Origin: Phycisphaeraceae bacterium
GTDB lineage: Bacteria; Planctomycetota; Phycisphaerae; Phycisphaerales; Zrk34
DNA length: 33,245 nucleotides
Assembly: GCA_040905565.1 (NCBI GenBank)
Contig: JBBDRF010000047.1
Location: 1 to 33,245 of the forward strand
Reading direction: 5' to 3'
Part shown: in pieces, positions 20,300-27,880 of the stretch
How the letters are laid out: the number at the start of each line of letters is the position of its first letter
Numbering within the stretch: the stretch's first letter is position 1
Program-made: the position numbers and the translations under genes
Notes under the pieces: model-generated
What the model was told of the DNA's origin: nothing
Databases searched by the model: none
The model's input: only the letters and a program-made list of their open reading frames with translations

Positions 20300-21337
20300 T
20301 CAGACGTCGCCGGTGACGACGACGGCGGGCTCGGCGTGGAGGACACTCACGGATTGGCCGACCTGGTAGGGGCAGGTGTAGTCGGTGTGGACGAGCACCT
20401 GGCGGTCGCCGAAGCAGACTTTCAGCGTCACATCGTGGCCTTTGAATTCTCGGCTGACCACGGTGCCGAGCGGCTCATCGGGGTGCGGCGGGGCGATGCG
20501 TAAATGCTCGGGCCTGACCGACAGCAGCACCGGTCCCTTGGCGGGACAACTGAGACACATCTCACCCATCGGCGTGGCGGCATGTTCGCCTGTGGCCTCG
20601 GCATTGAAGAGGTTGGTTCGGCCGAGGAAGTTGGCGACGAACGCGCTGGCGGGATGGTTGTACACCTGCTGCGGGGTGCCGACCTGTAGCAGTTTGCCGT
20701 CGCGCATGACGCCGATGCGGTCGGCGAAGCTGAGGGCTTCTTCCTGATCGTGGGTGACGAGCAGGGCGGTGATCTTCATTTCCTTGAGTACCTGCTTGAC
20801 CTGGTGGCGTGTCTCAGCCCGGAGGGCGGGATCGAGATTGCTGAACGGCTCATCGAGCAGGATGAACTTGGGCATGGGGGCGATGGAGCGGGCAAGCGCG
20901 ACGCGCTGCTGCTGGCCGCCTGAGAGCTGCTGGGGCTTGCGGTCGCCCATGCCGGTGAGGCCGACCATTTCGAGCAGTTCCAGGGCGCGGGCTTTGCGAT
21001 TGCGGCGGGGCATCTGGTGGAGGCCGAACATCACGTTGTGGACGACATCGAGATGCGGGAAGAGTGCGTAGTCCTGAAAGACGATGCCGATGTGGCGTTT
21101 CTCGGCGGGGACGTGGACGCCGTCGCCCTCGACGAGGCGGTCGCCGATCCAGACGGAGCCGGCGTCGGGGCGTTCGAAGCCTGCGATGATGCGGAGGGTG
21201 GTGGTTTTGCCGCAGCCGCTGGGCCCGACGATGGCGAAGACTTCCTGGGGCTGGACCTGCAGGCTGAGCGCATCGACGGCCGCGGGATGCGACGGAAGGT
21301 AACGCCTGGTGATGTGGTCAATGCGCAGCGGTGTCAT
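20300..21337 (-). CDS. Fe(III)-type ABC transporter ATP-binding protein (FbpC/SfuC-like)
   Basis: GPSGCGKTT, VFQDYALFPHL, LSGGQQQRVALAR, LLDEPFSNLD, C-terminal TOBE-like region; ATGA overlap with the permease stop. Confidence 0.93.
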   Translation of the reverse strand: MTPLRIDHITRRYLPSHPAAVDALSLQVQPQEVFAIVGPSGCGKTTTLRIIAGFERPDAGSVWIGDRLVEGDGVHVPAEKRHIGIVFQDYALFPHLDVVHNVMFGLHQMPRRNRKARALELLEMVGLTGMGDRKPQQLSGGQQQRVALARSIAPMPKFILLDEPFSNLDPALRAETRHQVKQVLKEMKITALLVTHDQEEALSFADRIGVMRDGKLLQVGTPQQVYNHPASAFVANFLGRTNLFNAEATGEHAATPMGEMCLSCPAKGPVLLSVRPEHLRIAPPHPDEPLGTVVSREFKGHDVTLKVCFGDRQVLVHTDYTCPYQVGQSVSVLHAEPAVVVTGDV

Positions 21338-22932
21338 GAGACCTCCTCGTGACCTCGCAGGAGCAGCAGCCCCACGAACAGGCCAGAGAATATCAGAATG
21401 GTCAAAGCGTAGGGAGCGGCCTCGGCGAACATCGCCTCGTTGGTGTGGCTCCACAGGTTCTTCGCCAAGGTTTCAAATCCTAGCGGAGAAAGGATAAACG
21501 TCAACGGCAACTCTTTCATCGCCGAGAGGAAGACGAGGGCGACGCTGACGACGATGCCGGACCGCAGCAGGGGGAGTGTGACGCGGTAGAAGGTCTGGAT
21601 TCGCCCCCAGCCGAGCGAGCGAGAGGCTTCTTCAAGGCGCGGGGTGGCGACATAGAGGGCGCTACGGATGGGGCCGACCGCCTCGGCGAGGAAGTGCAGG
21701 GCGTAGGCGTAAACGAGCAGGAACAGCGTCTGGTAAAGCCAGGGCGTGACGCGGAGGCTGAAGAACACGAGGCCGAGCGCGAAGGCGAGGGCGGGGGTGG
21801 CGTAGCCGAGGTAGGCGGATTGTTCGATGCCGCGGGAGAAGCGGGAGGAGTAGCGGCGGGCCATGTAGGCGATCGGCAGGGCGAGCAGCGTCGCGAGAAT
21901 CGCAGCGGGAAGGGCGGCACTGATCGAGTCGCCCAGCGAGCGCGCCCATGCACCATCGAGTGCGCCGGCGAGGCCTTCGGGGTGACGGCTGAACCAGAAG
22001 AGGATCGTCACCAGCGGCACGATGATCCCGGCCAGGGCGACGCCTGCGAGTAGAAGGCAGGCGGGCAGTTTCCACCAACCCAGACGAATCGGCTTGCGGG
22101 CGCGGGGCACGGCCATGCCGGCTGGGTCGAGGCGGAAGCCCCGCAGGAAGCGCAATTCAACGATCAGCAGCGCGCCGGTGATGGCGATCAACATGAGCGC
22201 GAGCCAGGCAGCGTAGACGCGATCGGCACCGGCTTCGTACTGCATGAACAGAGCGTAGCTGAACGATTCAAAGCGCATGAGGCTGACCGCGCCGAAGTCG
22301 CCGATGACGTGCAGCAGGACGAGCAGCGAGCCGGCGAGGAAGGCGGGGCGAAGCTGGGGGAGGACCACGCCGGCGAACACGCGCCACGGCGGCTGGCCTA
22401 GGGAGCGGGCCGCTTCTTCGAGGGCGGGGTTCAGCCGCTGCATCGCCACGCGGAGGTTCAGGAACATGTAGGGCAGGTTGTAGAGGCTGAGGGCGAGGGT
22501 CGCGCCCCAGAAGCCTCGGATCATCGGTAGCTGGAAGCCGAGCAGTTGGGCGGTGGTGCCGTAGGGCCCGCCGAGGCCGAGCAGTGTGTAGGCCATCACG
22601 TACGCGGGGACGGCGAGGGGCATCACGGCCAACAGCGTGAAGGTCTTACGGCCGGGCAGATCGGTGCGCGTGGTGAGCCAGGCGATCGGAACGGCCAGGA
22701 GCGTCACGATGCTGAGCACCACGACGCAGAGCATCAGCGTGTTACCCAACAGCACGAGGTTCCGCTGACGCAGCACGACGGTGGAGAAGGTCTCCCAGTC
22801 GGCTTCGAACGCGCGGATCAGCAGGTACGCCAGCGGCAGGGCCACGCCCACCACGCACGCCACCGCCGGGACCACCAGATACCAAGGCGGCCGGCGGGTG
22901 AGGCTCGGGATGGGCGGGGTGAGGGTGGTCAA
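21334..22932 (-). CDS. Fe(III)-type ABC transporter permease (FbpB/SfuB-like)
   Basis: Two EAA loops (LEEAARSLG, LEEASRSLG), DFGAV and MKELPLT motifs. TTG 22932 with GGAG upstream preferred over TTG 22971, which falls at the edge of a repeat. Confidence 0.92.
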   Translation of the reverse strand: MTTLTPPIPSLTRRPPWYLVVPAVACVVGVALPLAYLLIRAFEADWETFSTVVLRQRNLVLLGNTLMLCVVVLSIVTLLAVPIAWLTTRTDLPGRKTFTLLAVMPLAVPAYVMAYTLLGLGGPYGTTAQLLGFQLPMIRGFWGATLALSLYNLPYMFLNLRVAMQRLNPALEEAARSLGQPPWRVFAGVVLPQLRPAFLAGSLLVLLHVIGDFGAVSLMRFESFSYALFMQYEAGADRVYAAWLALMLIAITGALLIVELRFLRGFRLDPAGMAVPRARKPIRLGWWKLPACLLLAGVALAGIIVPLVTILFWFSRHPEGLAGALDGAWARSLGDSISAALPAAILATLLALPIAYMARRYSSRFSRGIEQSAYLGYATPALAFALGLVFFSLRVTPWLYQTLFLLVYAYALHFLAEAVGPIRSALYVATPRLEEASRSLGWGRIQTFYRVTLPLLRSGIVVSVALVFLSAMKELPLTFILSPLGFETLAKNLWSHTNEAMFAEAAPYALTILIFSGLFVGLLLLRGHEEVS

Positions 22933-22970
22933 ACGGTAACGCTCCGAAGCGGTGCTGCACCGGCGCAACA

Positions 22971-23123
22971 ACGAGCCGCGACCGTCAGGGAGCGGTTGTG
23001 CTCACGATGACGGCGCGGCGTTGTGCCGGCGGAATGCGCTTGCGTGTCCTCTGGCTTCGACAGTGTGGCGATGAGGCGCGCTAAGGCCTGGCGCACTACC
23101 GCTCCCTTACGGTCGCGGCTCGT
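22971..23123. repeat. Inverted doublet of family A REP-like units (REPIN/MITE-like), inside the ABC operon
   Basis: 22971-23000 and 23094-23123 are inverted copies (28/30 match) with a 93-nt spacer. Confidence 0.9.
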
Positions 23124-23149
23124 TGGGTGCGCTGTGCCGCTTGTTCGCC

Positions 23150-24187
23150 TCACAACAGCCCCACTTCTCGCAGCAGGTCGAGGGTGCCTTCGAGATCGTC
23201 CAGTGCATCGAGGGGGACCTCCGGCGCGAGTTCGCCAAGGCGATCCTGGGCGGGCAGCTCCTCGCGGGTGGGAGCGTCGACGCTGACGGGGTACTCGAAG
23301 TTCTCCGCAGCGAAGGCGGCTGAGGCGGCGTCGGAGGAGAGCAGGAAGCTGATGAACTTCTCAGCGGGCTCGATGTTGGTAGCGGTGTCGAGCATGCCGA
23401 CGCCTGCGACAAGCATGAGGTTGCCGACGTCGCCGGGCTCGAACATCGTCTGCGCGACGGGGAAGTTCGGATCTTCCTGCTTAAAGCGGAGCAGGTAATA
23501 ATGGTTGGTGATGGCGATATCGATCTCGCCCGCAGCAAGGGCGGTCAGGATCGGCGTGTTCTTGGGGTAGGCCTTGGGATTGTTTTCCTTCATGGCGAGG
23601 AGCCATTCGCGGGTCTTGTCGTCGCCGTGCATGTATCGCATGGCGGTGACGAAGGCCTGGAAGGAGCCGTTGGGCGGCGCCCAGCCGACGCGGCCGGCCC
23701 ACTTGGGATCGGTCAGCTCGAAAACGGACTGGGGCAGCTCGGCTTCGTCCACGCGATCGGGGGCATAGGCGAGAACACGAGCGCGGCCGCTGGTGCCGAT
23801 CCACTGACCCTGACCGTGGCGGAAGGCGGCGGGCACCTTCTCCAGCAGATCGTCTGCGAGCGGCTGAAAACGGTCGGCGGTGGTGAGTTGACCGAGGGCT
23901 CCGGCATCCTGTGCCCAGAAGAGGTCGGCTGGGGCTTGCTGCCCTTCCTCGAGAATTGTCACCGCGAGCTGAGCGGTTTGGCCGTAGCGGACCTGGACAT
24001 CGATACCCGTTTCCTGTTTGAACTGCTCGATGGCGGGCTCGACGAGGCTGCGTCCGCGACCGCAGTAAATCACCAGTTCCTCGCTACTGCCGTCGGCTGA
24101 AGTGCCCGATTGGCCGCAACCGGGGAGGCTGAGCAGGGCGGCGAAGGCGAGGCAGACAAGGGGACGAAAATTCGGTATGGTGAGCAT
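23150..24187 (-). CDS. Fe(III) ABC transporter substrate-binding lipoprotein (FbpA/FutA-like)
   Basis: Lipobox LPGC, ADLFWAQDAGAL, SGRARV, NGSFQAF, NHYY (tandem Tyr iron ligands), FEYP; GGAG upstream of ATG 24187. Confidence 0.92.
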   Translation of the reverse strand: MLTIPNFRPLVCLAFAALLSLPGCGQSGTSADGSSEELVIYCGRGRSLVEPAIEQFKQETGIDVQVRYGQTAQLAVTILEEGQQAPADLFWAQDAGALGQLTTADRFQPLADDLLEKVPAAFRHGQGQWIGTSGRARVLAYAPDRVDEAELPQSVFELTDPKWAGRVGWAPPNGSFQAFVTAMRYMHGDDKTREWLLAMKENNPKAYPKNTPILTALAAGEIDIAITNHYYLLRFKQEDPNFPVAQTMFEPGDVGNLMLVAGVGMLDTATNIEPAEKFISFLLSSDAASAAFAAENFEYPVSVDAPTREELPAQDRLGELAPEVPLDALDDLEGTLDLLREVGLL

Positions 24188-24273
24188 CTTGTTAGCGGCT
24201 CCGTAAATCGAGGTGAGGGCGGTGCTGCGAGGCAGCGACGCCGCCGAGATCAAAAAGGTTGACGATGCGACCC

Positions 24274-24303
24274 ATTGTAGAGACTGAGTCGCAATTTCGT
24301 CAA
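24274..24303 (-). promoter_or_regulatory. Sigma-70 promoter of the iron ABC operon with overlapping Fur-box-like palindrome
   Basis: Minus strand TTGACG-N18-TACAAT; the spacer contains TGCGACTCAGTCTCT (7-1-7 dyad). Confidence 0.6.
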
Positions 24304-24440
24304 TCAGTGAGGCGTCAAATCTTCGGCGATCTGCCGGGGATACAGACGGCGGGGGTGGGTAAACGTGGACTGGGAAATAGCTTGAGGCGCCACGGCGTCA
24401 GGTTGTGGGGCGGCGAGACACGGCTGGGAACTTGATCAAG

Positions 24441-26474
24441 ATGCACAAAAGACTCCTGATGGGCCTTCTGGCGACGCTGTTGTTGCTCAGTGGCGCGGCG
24501 CCTTCGGCGAACGCGGTCACTCAACTCAGTGACATCGGCCTGGCGCGTGAATTCGAGCAGCGGCAGGCGGAAATCCCCGAAGACGACCTGAACGCACGCT
24601 ACGGGCTGGCGCTGTGGGCGTTCGAGCAGTACGATGCAGGACGCTTCAATGTCATTGCCTTGGATATGGCGGCGGAGGAGCTCGAAGCGGTCCTCGAAGC
24701 CAACCCCGACCACGCGAACGCCGAGGCTCTGCTGCGCATCGTGCGGCAGCGGCAGGAGGCAGCGGCCGAGGCGATGGAGCCGGACTATCTGTGGATGTTC
24801 TTCTTCGCGCTCGGCGGGCTCGGCATTTTCTTGCTGGGCATGAAGAATATGTCCGAAGGCGTGCAGGCCGTCGCGGGCGATCGGCTCCGGCGCATGATCG
24901 GTTCGGTCACCGATAACCGCCTGCTGGCGACGGTCAGCGGCGTGACGGTGACGCTGATGGTGCAGTCGTCGACCATCACCACCGTCATTGTGGTGGGGCT
25001 GGTGAACTCGGGCATGATGGTGCTCCATCAGGCGATCGGCGTCATCATGGGCGCGAACATCGGCACGACCATCACGGGATGGATCCTGGTGCTGCAGATC
25101 GGCAAGTACGGCCTGCCGATTCTCGGGGCCTCCGCCTTCGTGTGGCTCTTCTCGAAGAAAGATCGCTGGCGCTACCTAGCCCTGACGGCCATGGGCGTGG
25201 GGATGATCTTCTACGGCCTGGAGCTGATGAAAGACGGCTTCGGACCGATGCGCCACGTCCCCGAGTTCCGCGAAGCGTTCAGCTGGTTCGAAACCGACAC
25301 CCTGATAGGCGTCTACCGGGCGGCACTCATCGGCTGCCTGATCACGTTCGTCGTGCAAAGCTCTTCCGCGGCCCTGGGCATCGTCATCGGCCTCACCGCG
25401 ACGGGTGTGATTCCCTTCCCCACCGCCGCGGCGATGGTGCTCGGTGAAAACATCGGCACCACGATCACGGCATGGCTTGCTTCGCTCGGCGGCAACACCA
25501 ACGCCAAGCGAGCGGCCTACGCGCACATCCTCTTCAACATCATCGGCGTGTTTTGGATTACGCTGGTCTTCACGCCGTATATGCAGCTGGTTGATGGGGC
25601 TGTTCACTGGGCGCAGGGGTTCAGCCCGCTTCAGGCGAACATCGCCGAGTACGACAATCCGCTGACCTATGCGGCGGTGGTGACGGCGGGGTTGGCGGCG
25701 ACGCATACGGGCTTCAACCTGGCGAACACGGCACTGTTCCTGCCGTTTGTCAGGCGGTTCGCCCGCTTTCTGCAATGGCTTGTGCCGGACAAGGGTGTGA
25801 AGGAAGTTTCGCACCTGGGGCGTCTGGACACGCGGATGATCGAGTCGCCGGTGATCGCCATTGAGCAGAGCCGAAAGCAGATGATCCGCATGGGCATGGA
25901 TGTGCGGAAGATGCTGACGTGGGTGCGGGAGGTGCTTGATCAGGAGAAGCCTGACGAGAAGCTGGTCCGCAAGATCTTCCATCGTGAACAGATCATGGAC
26001 AACATGCAGCAGGAGATTATCGACTTCGTGACGGATCTTCTGACCGGCGAGGTGCCCCATTCGATCACCGCTGAGGGCCGGGAGCAGCTGCGGATCGCTG
26101 ACGAATATGAATCGGTCAGCGATTACGTTTCGACCGTGCTCAAATCGCACCTGAGGCTGCGCAAGGCGGACCTGTCGCTGACCGATGAGGAGCGGGCGAC
26201 GGTGATGGAACTGCACGACCGCGTGACGGCCTATGTAGAGATGGTGAACACATGGGTGCAGGCTCGGGATCGCGACGCGCTGAGCCGGGCGGAGACGGAG
26301 AGCGAGATCGTGACCCGCCGCATCAAACAGCTACGCGAGCAGCACCTGGTTCGGCTCACTGATGAGAAGGTGAACCCGATCCAGAGCATGTCCTACACGG
26401 CGATGCTGAACGCTTATCGCAAGATTAAGGACCACGCGCTGAACATCGTCGAAGCGATGGTCGGGCATAAGTAA
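24441..26474 (+). CDS. Na+/phosphate cotransporter family protein (NptA/YjbB-like) with PhoU-like C-terminus and extra N-terminal exported domain
   Basis: GGLGIFLLGM, two QSSS/T...G(A/E)NIGTT repeats, helical C-terminal domain; signal peptide MHKRLL...ANA. Confidence 0.92.
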   Translation: MHKRLLMGLLATLLLLSGAAPSANAVTQLSDIGLAREFEQRQAEIPEDDLNARYGLALWAFEQYDAGRFNVIALDMAAEELEAVLEANPDHANAEALLRIVRQRQEAAAEAMEPDYLWMFFFALGGLGIFLLGMKNMSEGVQAVAGDRLRRMIGSVTDNRLLATVSGVTVTLMVQSSTITTVIVVGLVNSGMMVLHQAIGVIMGANIGTTITGWILVLQIGKYGLPILGASAFVWLFSKKDRWRYLALTAMGVGMIFYGLELMKDGFGPMRHVPEFREAFSWFETDTLIGVYRAALIGCLITFVVQSSSAALGIVIGLTATGVIPFPTAAAMVLGENIGTTITAWLASLGGNTNAKRAAYAHILFNIIGVFWITLVFTPYMQLVDGAVHWAQGFSPLQANIAEYDNPLTYAAVVTAGLAATHTGFNLANTALFLPFVRRFARFLQWLVPDKGVKEVSHLGRLDTRMIESPVIAIEQSRKQMIRMGMDVRKMLTWVREVLDQEKPDEKLVRKIFHREQIMDNMQQEIIDFVTDLLTGEVPHSITAEGREQLRIADEYESVSDYVSTVLKSHLRLRKADLSLTDEERATVMELHDRVTAYVEMVNTWVQARDRDALSRAETESEIVTRRIKQLREQHLVRLTDEKVNPIQSMSYTAMLNAYRKIKDHALNIVEAMVGHK

Positions 26475-26551
26475 AGCAGGCGATGTAGGATGATGGTCGG
26501 CCTGACGCGGCGATGCCGGCGGGTCGTTTCATCTTGCAACGGGAGCTTGCC

Positions 26552-27778
26552 ATGCGGATCACGAATGGGCGGCGTCGGGCGTTGATGTTGACACTGGCCG
26601 GGACGCTTTTGACGGCAGCGGCCGCTTACGGACAGGGCGACCAGTGGGAACGCTGGATGGCGGTGGAGGACGGCTTCGTCGAGATGTTCAACGGCGAAGA
26701 CCTCGACGGCTGGGTCAACGTGAACGGGGCGGAGAGCACGTACTTTGTCCGCGACGGCATGGTGGTGACCAGCGGCCAGCCGCACGGCGTGCTGCGGTCG
26801 GACCGGCACTACGAGAACTTCATCCTCGAACTTGAGTACCGCCACATTCAGGAGCGCGGCAACGCGGGGCTGTTCATCTGGAGCGATCCGCTGCCCGCCG
26901 TCGGCGTGCCGTTCACGCGATCGATCGAGATTCAGATCATCGACGGCCATGAGACGGAAAACTACACAAGCCACGGCGACGTCTTCTCGATCCATGGCTC
27001 CACGCTCAAACCCAAGCATCCCCACCCCAACGGCTGGGCGCGCGCGCTACCCACCGAAAGGCGGGCGAACCCGACGGGTGAGTGGAACCACTATCGCGTG
27101 ATCGCTTACGACGGGAACATCAAGCTTGCGGTCAACGGTAAGATCGTGAGCGAAGCCAACAGTGCGAGCCCGAGGAAGGGTTACATCTGCCTGGAGGCTG
27201 AGGGGGCGGAGACGCACTTCCGGAACATCAAAATTCGCGAGCTTCCTTCGACCGAGCCCCGCCCCGAGGACATCGCGGATGAGGCGAAAGGGTTCCGCAA
27301 TCTTTACAACGGCGTGGATCTCGCCGGCTGGGTCAACGCGGGTCATGAAGGCCACTGGAAGCCCAACGGCTGGGTGCTCGCTTACGACGGCAAGAGCGAC
27401 GCGGACGATGCGAATCTGTGGACGGAAGAAACGTTCGGCGATTTCGTGCTCATCTACGACTGGCGCTGGACTGGTGACGCGGCTGAACACACCTACCCCG
27501 CCATCTTGCACAGCGGCCAGTCCCGGCCGGCCAGGGCTGAGCAGGTATGGCCGGGCGTGACGCCTGATGCTCATGCTGACCATGCGGTGGGGGAGTGGAA
27601 CCGTTCAATCATCACCCGGAACGGCGATCGGCTCAGCGTCGTGGTGAACGGCCGCACGGTCGTCGACGACGCCGCCATCAACGATGTGCCGGAACGCATT
27701 CGCCTCGCGCTGCCGCACCACGGGCAGACGGTCGACTTCGCGAACATCTACGTTCGTGAGCTGAACAGCGAACGTTGA
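26552..27778 (+). CDS. Secreted DUF1080 (3-keto-disaccharide hydrolase-like) protein with two domains
   Basis: Signal peptide; FNGEDLDGW, YENFILELEY, GNAG, EIQI, GEWN, LEAEG...FRNIKI; second degenerate copy; GGGAG upstream of ATG 26552. Confidence 0.85.
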   Translation: MRITNGRRRALMLTLAGTLLTAAAAYGQGDQWERWMAVEDGFVEMFNGEDLDGWVNVNGAESTYFVRDGMVVTSGQPHGVLRSDRHYENFILELEYRHIQERGNAGLFIWSDPLPAVGVPFTRSIEIQIIDGHETENYTSHGDVFSIHGSTLKPKHPHPNGWARALPTERRANPTGEWNHYRVIAYDGNIKLAVNGKIVSEANSASPRKGYICLEAEGAETHFRNIKIRELPSTEPRPEDIADEAKGFRNLYNGVDLAGWVNAGHEGHWKPNGWVLAYDGKSDADDANLWTEETFGDFVLIYDWRWTGDAAEHTYPAILHSGQSRPARAEQVWPGVTPDAHADHAVGEWNRSIITRNGDRLSVVVNGRTVVDDAAINDVPERIRLALPHHGQTVDFANIYVRELNSER

Positions 27779-27787
27779 ATCGAGCCG

Positions 27788-27816
27788 GGTGCCACTGGTG
27801 GCTTGCCCACCAGTGC
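27788..27816. repeat. REP-like hairpin / possible bidirectional terminator (family C)
   Basis: GGTGC-CACTGGTGG-CTTGC-CCACCAGTG-C: 9-bp perfect stem between convergent genes. Confidence 0.6.
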
Positions 27817-27858
27817 TTCGCGGTGTGGTGGGGCGTTCGTGCTTATGCTGTTGTGGTG

Positions 27859-27880
27859 TGGTGGGCGGTGCCCACGCTAC
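27859..27880 (-). repeat. GTAG-tagged REP-like palindrome (family D)
   Basis: Minus strand GTAG-C-GTGGGC-ACC-GCCCAC-CA; its TAG is the stop codon of the M16 peptidase. Confidence 0.6.
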
